32,000 nt of DNA from Bdellovibrionales bacterium (GTDB taxonomy: Bacteria; Bdellovibrionota; Bdellovibrionia; Bdellovibrionales; UBA1609), in NCBI GenBank assembly GCA_965247685.1, contig OZ252021.1:1170001-1202000 (forward strand). The letters are read 5' to 3'. This document shows positions 1-7,254 of this stretch, in pieces. The notes below the pieces were generated by a model. That model made no database searches and was not told where the DNA came from. It saw nothing but the letters and a program-made list of their open reading frames with translations. Numbering within the stretch: the stretch's first letter is position 1; every line of letters starts with the position of its first letter. A program made the translations under genes and the position numbers.

Positions 1-601
1 CTGATGTTTTTATATCATTTTTTGTAAAGAAAAAAGGCTTAAGAAGGTCGATATGAATGTTTAAATCAAATAATTCATTCGCATCAAATACTACTCTGTT
101 AATCATTTCATGTGATAATTTTGATATTTTGATATTTTGTTTTGGAGATGTTTCTTCTGAGTAATCCCATCTTTTTAAACCAGATCTTTGGACAACTTCA
201 TCACTTAATCTAAGTAAGTTAAAAATATGTAGTAATAACTCTTTATAATTTTCATTTTTTAAGAACAAAGATTCTATAGTTTTTTGAACATAAAAATCAT
301 TTGATTCCCATAATCCTTCGAAAATTCTAAAACTTCCTTGAAGAGTTATAATATTTGTTACAAATACATCTTCTATAGGATCTTCCTGGGATTTATATTG
401 ATCTAAATCTTTGTTCAGAAAAATTTCAATTTCTTCCTTTTCTGGAGAAATTGAAGATTTTTTACAATTAGATACTACAAGATGAATAAGCTTTTCTATG
501 CGATAGGAATTAGAAGCTAAAGAAGGTATAGTAAGTAGAGATGAAATTTTTGAAAGAGTTAAGAATAAATCATATTTTTTAAGTTTTTCATCTATAGACA
601 T
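1..601 (-). CDS. Hypothetical protein, N-terminal ~200 codons; the gene runs off the left edge of the window
   Basis: Absent from the ORF track because it has no stop inside the window. Hand translation from ATG 601..599 stays open to position 2: MSIDEKLKKYDLFLTLSKISSLLTIPSLASNSYRIEKLIHLVVSNCKK... No motif I recognise. It lies 51 nt downstream of, and co-oriented with, the 653..1108 gene. Confidence 0.6.
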   Translation of the reverse strand, partial: MSIDEKLKKYDLFLTLSKISSLLTIPSLASNSYRIEKLIHLVVSNCKKSSISPEKEEIEIFLNKDLDQYKSQEDPIEDVFVTNIITLQGSFRIFEGLWESNDFYVQKTIESLFLKNENYKELLLHIFNLLRLSDEVVQRSGLKRWDYSEETSPKQNIKISKLSHEMINRVVFDANELFDLNIHIDLLKPFFFTKNDIKTS

Positions 602-634
602 TATTTTTCTTTTCTTTAAAAAATAATGTATTTT

Positions 635-1231
635 AGCTATTTTATGGATTCACTATAGACATTTTCCCATCCAATTGGTGGCTACTGTGTGTCCTTCTAG
701 ATTCATAATTCTTGATTGAACAAATGTTTTTTGTTTTGTATCGATAAGAAATACCACTGTTGCAGAAGTACCCCCACTAAGAAGCCAATAGGTACCATTA
801 TTTTCATTCAATTTCATCAGGTCAATTTTGTTTGGTAAAAGATTATTTTCTGGAAGCATTTTGGGAGTTTTAGATTTTAAATCTGTAAATATAGTGGGGT
901 ATTTTGATTTTTCCTTTTTGGCAGAGATTTTGATTTTTTTATTATCTGGTGAGTAGTGAGAGCTAGTTATGTGGGTAAGATTACAAGTTATAGAGTTACT
1001 TGTATCCGGGTATGGTTTTTTTGTTGAAACTAGTTTACCAATAGCTTGATTAACAAAAGATAATTGCGAAAAAACAATTATAAATAAAAACGTTAGTATA
1101 AATTTCATAAAAACCACCTTCTTTATTAAGAATTTCTTTTAATTGATGTTATTAATTAACTTAATTATAATTAATATTCAAGTTTTTTAAAATTAGCTAT
1201 CATATATGTATCAATTCGTTACATTTTATAT
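635..1231. repeat. Left arm of a ~0.6 kb inverted duplication (partner 3461..4053)
   Basis: The reverse complement aligns by eye with 3461..4053 across the whole secreted-protein gene, its SD and ~110 bp upstream. The 3' ~165 nt of the genes are almost identical. The middle differs by substitutions and one 15-nt indel. Confidence 0.9.
653..1108 (-). CDS. Secreted hypothetical protein, paralog A (~151 aa from the SD-supported ATG)
   Basis: Track ORF 653..1117 starts at a GTG. The ATG at 1108 is preceded by AAGGTGG (1114-1120 on plus). N-terminus MKFILTFLFIIVFSQLSFVNQA is a signal peptide. Near-identical paralog at 3596..4036. Confidence 0.85.
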   Translation of the reverse strand: MKFILTFLFIIVFSQLSFVNQAIGKLVSTKKPYPDTSNSITCNLTHITSSHYSPDNKKIKISAKKEKSKYPTIFTDLKSKTPKMLPENNLLPNKIDLMKLNENNGTYWLLSGGTSATVVFLIDTKQKTFVQSRIMNLEGHTVATNWMGKCL

Positions 1232-1671
1232 CCAATAGAAGAACTTTTTATAAAAAGATAGATATTTTATTCAAAACAGGTATGTTCGAATTTAAAAATT
1301 TTAAATTACATAGCGGATTGTAACCCTATATCTATGAATTTATGAATAATTTCTTTAATTTCATCTAGTCCTCTTAGTTGATTTAAGTAAATCCTCTTAA
1401 TCGTTTTTTGTTAAAAAGAAGGAAAATACTTTAAAGAAAATTAACAAAATATAATAACTTGGACAGGTGAAAATAATAAAAATGTTTTAAAACTAAACGA
1501 TAATGGTAAAAGTTCCTAAAATATGGTTATTGATGCAACTTAGGGTTATCAATAAACAAAATTATCCAAGATCCACTTAAAATCGAAATTCCCGATTTCG
1601 AGAATCTAGATTCCATTTTTAACTGATAAGTTATATTTCAATTTTTTCTTTTTCTATCCGATAAGAGGTAT

Positions 1672-2415
1672 ATGAAAAACTATTTTTCAAAATTATCTAT
1701 ATACTGTTGTTTGATTTTTGCATTTTGCTTTCAAGTAGAAGCAACTCGCATGCAAGAAAAATATGATAAAATACAATCTAACTTTAGAAGACAGTATGAA
1801 AAAAAGTATAATATAAATCGTACTAAAAACATAAATCGTACTAAGAATATAAATTATACTAAAAACAATTATCAATTAAACGAAATGAAAGATTTAGAAC
1901 AATCTACAGTTGTTATTTTTTCCAAAGATAAAACAGGTAAAGAAAATGGACAAGGGAGTGGGTTTTTTATTTCTAACAATCAAATTGTAACTAATTATCA
2001 TGTTATTGAAAATGCATATAAAAAAAGGGTCTCCGTTCGTACTCAATCAAAAGAAATTATTGGCAATGTTAAAAAAATAGATGAAGAAAATGATTTAGCT
2101 ATTATTAAAATTAATCAAAGATATGATAAGCACTTAGAATTAGGTGATTATAAGAAAGTACAGCAAGGAGATGAAATATTCATTTACGGAACACCTCTAG
2201 GGCTAACTGGAAGTTTATCTAAAGGGATAGTATCTGCAAAAAGAAAGCAACTAAGGTTACTACAAATTACAGCTTCCATATCTCCAGGAAGTAGTGGTTC
2301 TCCAGTACTATCTAAGGATTTAAAGGTTATTGCTGTTGCTACGAGTTCTAATAAGGATGGACAAAGCATAAACTTTGCAATACCAGTAACTTACTTAAAA
2401 AAGCTAATTCGGTAG
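1672..2415 (+). CDS. Secreted trypsin-like serine protease (S1C/HtrA-type protease domain only, no PDZ)
   Basis: Signal-like N-terminus. Catalytic triad contexts are TNYHV (His), NDLAIIK (Asp) and PGSSGSPV (Ser). SD AAGAGG sits 5 nt before the ATG. Confidence 0.85.
   Translation: MKNYFSKLSIYCCLIFAFCFQVEATRMQEKYDKIQSNFRRQYEKKYNINRTKNINRTKNINYTKNNYQLNEMKDLEQSTVVIFSKDKTGKENGQGSGFFISNNQIVTNYHVIENAYKKRVSVRTQSKEIIGNVKKIDEENDLAIIKINQRYDKHLELGDYKKVQQGDEIFIYGTPLGLTGSLSKGIVSAKRKQLRLLQITASISPGSSGSPVLSKDLKVIAVATSSNKDGQSINFAIPVTYLKKLIR
1810..1863 (+). repeat. In-frame 18-bp tandem repeat x3 inside the protease pro-region (NINRTK NINRTK NINYTK)
   Basis: aatataaatcgtactaaa / aacataaatcgtactaag / aatataaattatactaaa, read directly. 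Confidence 0.9.
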
Positions 2416-2525
2416 TATTATTTACTGATTTAGAATGAAAATGGATACTTAGTAGAATAGTTTAGCAATTCTCATACCACTTTCTATATTAAATAGATTA
2501 CGTGTGGTTCATAATTATCTATAGT

Positions 2526-2729
2526 TTATTTTTTCTTTCCATAAGGACTTTGGTTAGTTGGTCTTAGAGAAATACCTTTTTCAGAAGCTTTCGTATAAAT
2601 AGCGCCTGATGTTCTGCCAATCTTAAGTCCTATCACCCTCGTTGGAGTGTTTTTTTTAGCTAAGCTTCTCACTTGACTAACTTCACTCTTTGTCCATGGT
2701 TTCCCTGAGTTTCTGTTATATTTAGCCAT
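2526..2729 (-). CDS. Small basic protein, possible Myb/SANT- or GcrA-like helix-turn-helix (HTH) DNA binder (67 aa)
   Basis: SD AAGGAG lies 8 nt upstream of the ATG. The pattern KPWTKSEVSQVRSLAKKNTPTRVIGLKIGRTSGAIYTKASEKGISL resembles W-T-x-E...L...IA..LGRT..AV..K...LG HTH repeats. The functional call is tentative. Confidence 0.6.
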   Translation of the reverse strand: MAKYNRNSGKPWTKSEVSQVRSLAKKNTPTRVIGLKIGRTSGAIYTKASEKGISLRPTNQSPYGKKK

Positions 2730-2760
2730 ACTTACACACTCCTTGTTTATGGTTATGTGG

Positions 2761-2813
2761 TAGTAGAGTACCTACTATTTACTTGGAAGTCAAACCCAAG
2801 CAAAGGAAGTCAA
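2761..2813 (-). promoter_or_regulatory. Candidate promoter/operator of the small HTH gene: two TTGACTTCC direct repeats exactly 20 bp apart plus the palindrome TAGTAG-N5-CTACTA
   Basis: On plus, GGAAGTCAA occurs at 2785-2793 and 2805-2813. The palindrome is at 2761-2777. All lie in the 139-nt gap upstream of ATG 2729. TTGACT is -35-like on the coding strand. Confidence 0.35.
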
Positions 2814-2868
2814 GTTCAGGCAAAATAAAAATATCTTCATCTCAATTTAATTGCATTACATTATATTT

Positions 2869-3321
2869 TTAATTGTTACTACTACAGAAACCACCACTAT
2901 TCGGGCTATCACAAGACTCCAAACCTGCGACTCTTACTGTAACAGAACCTGTTCTAGGAATTGGAGTTACTGTTTCTGTAGTGAAATCTCCAACATGAGT
3001 ATCATCTCCTGCTTGACTGAAAACTTTAGCAGAAATGAAATAATCATTTTTTGAAAAATCAAGAGGAGTCTCGATTTGAATAGAGAATTGAATAGGAAAA
3101 CTTATAATGTTATTTATATTTTTTTTAATAGCAGTATCACTATTTTCTGAATTGTTTTTGGAATAAATTCTGATAATAGCATGCGAGTCTGCAGTGAAGT
3201 TAAAATCCCTCTGATAAGAAAATTGTGTTCGTTCAGTAACAATGGTTCCTGAAATACTCCTAGAATTACCGCAGGCTGAAAGTAGAATAGAAGTTATAAT
3301 TAAGTAAAATATTTTTTTCAT
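2869..3321 (-). CDS. Lipoprotein, function unknown (faint YbaY/YscW-like feel)
   Basis: The internal ATG at 3321 gives MKKIFYLIITSILLSAC|GNS, a classic lipobox. The longer track ORF (to 3414) adds a non-signal N-terminus. The family resemblance is only an impression from ...YFISAKVFSQAGDDTHVGDF... Confidence 0.75.
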   Translation of the reverse strand: MKKIFYLIITSILLSACGNSRSISGTIVTERTQFSYQRDFNFTADSHAIIRIYSKNNSENSDTAIKKNINNIISFPIQFSIQIETPLDFSKNDYFISAKVFSQAGDDTHVGDFTTETVTPIPRTGSVTVRVAGLESCDSPNSGGFCSSNN

Positions 3322-3460
3322 AACAAAAAGTATATTGATAGAATTAGATTGATTCAAGAAAAAGATAAAGGTTAAATGAAATAAATTAACTTTCGACACT
3401 ATAAAGAATGACATTTATTATAGTTAAGTAATTGTCATATAATAATTTTTTTTTCAGATG

Positions 3461-4053
3461 AGTGTAAAATGTACCAAATTGATACGTATATGATCTATAA
3501 AAATAGCCAATCTTAACAAAAGTTGAATATTAATTGTAATTAAGTTAATTAATAACATCAATTAAAAGAATTTCTTAATAAAGAAGGTGGTTTTTATGAA
3601 ATTTATACTAACGTTTTTATTTATGATTGTTTTTTCGCAATTATCTTTTGTTAATCAAGCTATTGGTAAACTAGTTTCAACAAAAAAATCATATCCAAAT
3701 ACAAGTAACTCTATAACTTGTAATCTTACCCACATAACTAGCTCTCACTACTCACCAGATAATAAAAAAATCAAAACCTCTGCCAAAAAGGAAAAATCAG
3801 AATCACCCACTATATTTACAGATTTAAAATCTAAAACTCCCAAAATGATTTCACCAGACAAAATCGATCTGGTGAAATTGAATGAAAATAATGGTACCTA
3901 TTGGCTTCTTAGTAAGGGTACTTCTGCAACAGTGGTATTTCTTATCGATACAAAACAAAAAACATTTGTTCAATCAAGAATTATGAATCTAGAAGGACAC
4001 ACAGTAGCCACCAATTGGATGGGAAAATGTCTATAGTGAATCCATAAATAGCT
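3461..4053. repeat. Right arm of the ~0.6 kb inverted duplication (partner 635..1231)
   Basis: See the left arm. The two gene copies point outward from the bracketed 2.2 kb segment. Confidence 0.9.
3596..4036 (+). CDS. Secreted hypothetical protein, paralog B (~146 aa)
   Basis: SD GAAGGTGG at 3583-3590, ATG at 3596. The protein matches paralog A apart from about 8 substitutions and the segment MISPD versus MLPENNLLPN. Confidence 0.85.
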   Translation: MKFILTFLFMIVFSQLSFVNQAIGKLVSTKKSYPNTSNSITCNLTHITSSHYSPDNKKIKTSAKKEKSESPTIFTDLKSKTPKMISPDKIDLVKLNENNGTYWLLSKGTSATVVFLIDTKQKTFVQSRIMNLEGHTVATNWMGKCL

Positions 4054-4148
4054 TCTTTTATATGACATTACCTTCGTTTAGAATAGCAAATTTACGGCCT
4101 TATTTTAATTAGAATAAATGATGAGCCTTTAGGCTAATACATGATATA

Positions 4149-4176
4149 TTGACGCTAGTACTCTACTTTTTATACT
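4149..4176 (+). promoter_or_regulatory. Candidate sigma70-type promoter TTGACG-N16-TATACT upstream of the methyltransferase remnant
   Basis: TTGACG at 4149-4154 and TATACT at 4171-4176, about 22 nt before ATG 4199. Confidence 0.45.
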
Positions 4177-4198
4177 CAATGTATTGTATATTTTTTGT

Positions 4199-4555
4199 AT
4201 GTCTGAAGTAAAATTGAATAAAATATATAATGAAGATTGCTTAAAAACGCTCTCTCGTATACCAGATGACTTTGTCAGCTTAGTCATCACATCTCCTCCT
4301 TATAATATGAATTTAAGGATACGAAATGGGAAGTATTGTTCTCGTCAAATTGTAAAAGAATTTAGTACAAAATATGATGGTTTTTCAGATAATTTACCAA
4401 TAGATGAGTACAACAGATTTCACATGAAAGTCTTAAGAGAGTTGATTCGAGTAAGTGCTCTCGTATTTTATAATATACAGATTGTTACTGGTAGCAAGAG
4501 ATCTGTATTCAAGATGACGGGATTATTAGTGATGATATTGATCTTGGTCCTTTGA
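4199..4555 (+). pseudogene. N-terminal fragment of a beta-class N6-adenine/N4-cytosine DNA methyltransferase (motif IV SPPY only)
   Basis: MSEVKLNKIYNEDCLKTLSRIPDDFVSLVITSPPYN is the typical N-terminus plus (D/S)PPY motif of N6_N4 methyltransferases. The frame ends after ~118 aa. No downstream FxGxG AdoMet motif is present in this frame. Confidence 0.75.
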
Positions 4556-4860
4556 AGATTACCAATAAACTATCTATAAATCATTCAAACCTTGAAAGTG
4601 CATTTATTTCTTTTTTAGTGAAAGATTGGACTGATTTTATAAATGATGATGATTATCATAATTTTCTAAAAAGATATAAAGATCATTATTATTTTTCAAA
4701 AAAATATAATGATTATAAATTTGTAAAACAATTGAGCTTGGAATCTTCAAATTTAAAAAATGATAAACCTAAAAAAGAGGGAGTAGATCTGACTATCAGA
4801 ATAGTTCTTGATACTGTTACATTTATTTGTGTGATTCTTTTTTCAGGTCAATGTTCATAG
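4552..4860 (+). CDS. Hypothetical ORF following and overlapping the methyltransferase stump; possibly decayed methyltransferase C-terminus
   Basis: The frame is open from 4495. No SD. Asn/Asp/Tyr/Lys-rich. It ends ...RIVLDTVTFICVILFSGQCS, which only vaguely recalls the VLDPFxGSG motif at about the expected distance from SPPY. Confidence 0.3.
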   Translation: MKITNKLSINHSNLESAFISFLVKDWTDFINDDDYHNFLKRYKDHYYFSKKYNDYKFVKQLSLESSNLKNDKPKKEGVDLTIRIVLDTVTFICVILFSGQCS

Positions 4861-4922
4861 AGAACCACAGTGAGAATAATACGTAAATAAAAAAAAGATA
4901 GAAATTGATATTATTCTTATCG

Positions 4923-5034
4923 TTTTCAGATGGGCGTAAAATGTAACAATTTGATACGTATATGGTCTATAAAGATATCCAATCTTAACAAAAGTTGAAT
5001 ATTAATTATAATTAAGTTAATTAATAATATCAAT
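4923..5034. repeat. Third copy of the ~110-bp upstream module (also at 3451-3562 and, inverted and more diverged, at 1141-1231)
   Basis: ttttcagatgggcgtaaaatgtaacaatttgatacgtatatggtctataaagatatccaatcttaacaaaagttgaatattaattataattaagttaattaataatatcaat aligns with 3451-3562 with about a dozen mismatches by eye. Confidence 0.9.
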
Positions 5035-5500
5035 GATTCGTACTTTATTACTACTTCTTGTTTTTTCTGTTTCGTGTAGCCCTGCAGCAGTTCCAACAGG
5101 CTCTGGCTTCTATGTTTGGAACTTGGAGTCGAATCGCCTTGCTATTCAAGGCTATGATGTAGTGGCCTATTTCTCGCTTTCATCAAACAAAAGTGATGCA
5201 ATAAAAGGAATGCAAGAGTTTTCTTATAACTGGAAAGAGGCAATTTGGTTATTTTCTTCCAAAAAGAATCTTGATTTGTTCAAATCTAATCCAACAAAAT
5301 ATATTCCTCAATTTGGAGGTTATTGTGCTTATGCAGCTGCTAGGAACTACCTCTATTCTATAGATCCTCATGCTTGGACTATAAAGGATGGCAAACTATA
5401 TTTAAATGCTTCAAAAGGGATTAGATCATCGTGGATTAAAAACATTGATGATGAAATCAAAAAAGGTCATAAAAACTGGCCGACTCTCAAAAATAATTAA
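5033..5500 (+). CDS. YHS-domain family lipoprotein/secreted protein
   Basis: Signal MIRTLLLLLVFSVSC, then GYDVVAYF ... NPTKYIPQFGGYCAYAAA ... DGKLYLN ... NWP. This is the conserved pattern of the family annotated as YHS domain-containing (seleno)protein (Cys form here). Confidence 0.8.
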   Translation: MIRTLLLLLVFSVSCSPAAVPTGSGFYVWNLESNRLAIQGYDVVAYFSLSSNKSDAIKGMQEFSYNWKEAIWLFSSKKNLDLFKSNPTKYIPQFGGYCAYAAARNYLYSIDPHAWTIKDGKLYLNASKGIRSSWIKNIDDEIKKGHKNWPTLKNN

Positions 5501-5841
5501 CTTCTAAAAATATCGCTTAATACTCAAAATCTTTACTATAAGATAAAGATCAATGAGTTTACACAGCTTTTAACATTTTAGATATTTATCAGCTTAAGAT
5601 CTAAAAACAATTTCTTGTTCTTTATAATTTACACCGATCTATAAAAGTACACCACATAATCATGGTGGTGCATTCAGGATTCGTTCTGGTAATATACCTA
5701 AAATGTATAAAAAACAAACTAGTTTTTAGTTCAATGATTTTGAAAATTTATGTAATCTTTCAGATTATTTTATAATTTAATGACTTACACGTATGAACAC
5801 AGTCTTATCTTCTAATTCTTGAGAAGTGAAGTTTTAATGAG

Positions 5842-6327
5842 TTATTCTATAGTTGCCGATAGTTTCTTTTTTTTCAAAAGATGCTTTCTTTCAGTATTAT
5901 CTAAAGCATAAATTTTATCTGAATTTTTTAAAATACGCACCCCATCTTTACTTATATCTATAAGAAAAGTTGTTCTGTCTCCATCTTCCAAAATTATACC
6001 AAATGTGTTTTTTCCATCAAGAGAAACAATAGGATGAGTGGGAATCATGGCTCCAAATTTATTCACTATGTTTGTGATAGTTATATTTCTTTTTCTATCA
6101 TTGAATATTGTTAATTGTAAAAAGTAACCAAAACTTGAGCGTTCAGGTAAGTGATGATTTTCTTTAAGCTTGCGAATCGCATCATTTTCTTTGTCCTTCA
6201 AGATCCAATAACTTCCTTTTACTTTCGGAATATTATTTGTTCTATGAGAACGATAGTGAATAGCTAAAGAAACCAAGGAGAGTAAAAAAGCTATATAAGC
6301 AGCCAAGTTACCAATATCTAATTCCAT
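5842..6327 (-). CDS. Hypothetical N-terminally membrane-anchored protein (161 aa)
   Basis: Long ORF with an AAAGG SD-like element before the ATG. One predicted TM (LAAYIAFLLSLVSLAI). No recognisable domain. Confidence 0.7.
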   Translation of the reverse strand: MELDIGNLAAYIAFLLSLVSLAIHYRSHRTNNIPKVKGSYWILKDKENDAIRKLKENHHLPERSSFGYFLQLTIFNDRKRNITITNIVNKFGAMIPTHPIVSLDGKNTFGIILEDGDRTTFLIDISKDGVRILKNSDKIYALDNTERKHLLKKKKLSATIE

Positions 6328-6651
6328 CAGAACCTTTGGTAGTTGAGTTGTTTCAAAAGAATAACTTTTCTAGAGAAGCTTAAAATGAAAATCATACGAC
6401 GAAATGTATATGATATTTGTTGTAAGTCAAACAGCTTCAAAAAATAAGGAAAAAAATCTTTAAAATACTAATGCAGAAGAATTGAAAAAATGATATTAGA
6501 AATATCATAGAAAACCATCAAAATCCCTAAATCTGATATATACCTAATGATCTGATAAGTTATATTATGTTACATTGTGATTATATGTTTGTGGGAGAAG
6601 GTATTCTCTTATTCTGCCCTTCCTGAAAAAGGATTTCTTATTGGAGGTATT

Positions 6652-6894
6652 TTAAGGATTTATCAATTCTTTATTTTTGATTTTCTCTAGTTTTTTCTCC
6701 ATTTGCTTCTGCCTTTCTTCCATTTGTTTGCCCCTCTCTTCTGTTCGTTTGTCCCTCTCTTCTGCTCGTTTGTCCCTCTCTTCTGTTAATCGATTTTGAT
6801 TACTTCGAAGATTATAAAAATAAACAACATACACTGACACAATAAAAAGTAATAAACTGAGCAATATTTGATTTATTTTATCTTTTTTTAACAT
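6652..6894 (-). CDS. Small single-pass membrane protein with E/R/K heptad-repeat tail (80 aa), family member 4
   Basis: MLKKDKINQILLSLLLFIVSVYVVYFYNL (TM) followed by TEERDKRAEERDKRTEERGKQMEERQKQMEKKLEKIKNK. The tail is encoded by four 21-bp units at 6699-6782. SD AAGAGA upstream. Confidence 0.75.
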   Translation of the reverse strand: MLKKDKINQILLSLLLFIVSVYVVYFYNLRSNQNRLTEERDKRAEERDKRTEERGKQMEERQKQMEKKLEKIKNKELINP

Positions 6895-6947
6895 TTTTAT
6901 CTCTTAATTAATTTTACGATACATTTGTTCATGTTTTTTATTTTCTA

Positions 6948-7175
6948 TTATTTATTTTTGATTTTCTCTAGTTTTTTCTCCATTCGTTTCTGCCTCTCAT
7001 CCATTCGTTTGCCCCTCTCATCCATTCGTTTGTCCCTCTCATCCATTCGTTTGTCCCTCTCTTCTGTTAATCGATTTTGATCACTTTGAAGATTATAAGA
7101 ATAAACAGCATACACTGACACAATAAAAATTAATAAACTGAGTACTATTTTATCTATTTTATCTATTTTTAACAT
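6948..7175 (-). CDS. Small single-pass membrane protein with E/R/K heptad-repeat tail (75 aa), family member 3
   Basis: MLKIDKIDKIVLSLLIFIVSVYAVYSYNL followed by TEERDKRMDERDKRMDERGKRMDERQKRMEKKLEKIKNK. Four 21-bp units at 6980-7063. Confidence 0.75.
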   Translation of the reverse strand: MLKIDKIDKIVLSLLIFIVSVYAVYSYNLQSDQNRLTEERDKRMDERDKRMDERGKRMDERQKRMEKKLEKIKNK

Positions 7176-7254
7176 TTTTATCTCTTAATTAATTTTACGA
7201 TGCATTTGTTCACGTTTTTTTATTTTCTATTATTTATTGTTGATTTTTCAAGAA

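Larger units (their letters stand above)
6652..7254. repeat. Tandem duplication (period ~281 bp) carrying two small-protein genes and their conserved upstream spacers
   Basis: 6891-6985 and 7172-7260 share catttttatctcttaattaattttacgat(a/g)catttgttca(t/c)g... The 21-bp repeat blocks 6699-6782 and 6980-7063 are offset by 281 bp. Confidence 0.9.

Noticed and set aside
1284-1291. gttcgaat, reminiscent of a tRNA T-arm
   Set aside because: The flanks cannot form acceptor or anticodon stems, and the surrounding sequence is an A/T run. It is not a tRNA.
1693-3054. Track ORFs 1693..1875(-), 2184..2369(-) and 2851..3054(+)
   Set aside because: Each lies inside and antisense to a better-supported gene (the protease or the lipoprotein). 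None has an SD or a plausible protein sequence.
3322-3414. Longer start for the lipoprotein ORF (track start 3414)
   Set aside because: The extra 31 aa would bury the canonical signal peptide and lipobox that begins at the ATG at 3321.
4495-4555. Programmed -1 frameshift joining the methyltransferase stump to the next ORF
   Set aside because: The 60-nt overlap has no slippery heptamer (no X XXY YYZ pattern), and the downstream frame lacks methyltransferase motifs. An indel pseudogene is the simpler explanation.
5650-5670. Hairpin CACCAC-N9-GTGGTG in the 5501-5841 spacer
   Set aside because: The stem is 6 bp, there is no following T-run, and it is about 150 nt from the nearest stop codon. 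It is not a credible terminator.
6385-6447. 20-codon plus-strand ORF MKIIRRNVYDICCKSNSFKK with a GAGAAG SD-like element
   Set aside because: It is too short to evaluate without conservation or expression data.
6490-6508. Perfect palindrome ATGATATT-aga-AATATCAT
   Set aside because: It is pure A/T-rich sequence in an AT-rich spacer. By rough estimate several such 8-bp palindromes are expected by chance in 32 kb, and it has no positional link to a start codon.
6699-7063. Possibility that the regular 21-bp repeats are a CRISPR-like or other non-coding array
   Set aside because: The units are directly adjacent with no spacers, keep one reading frame and encode a consistent heptad. The blocks sit inside SD-preceded ORFs.
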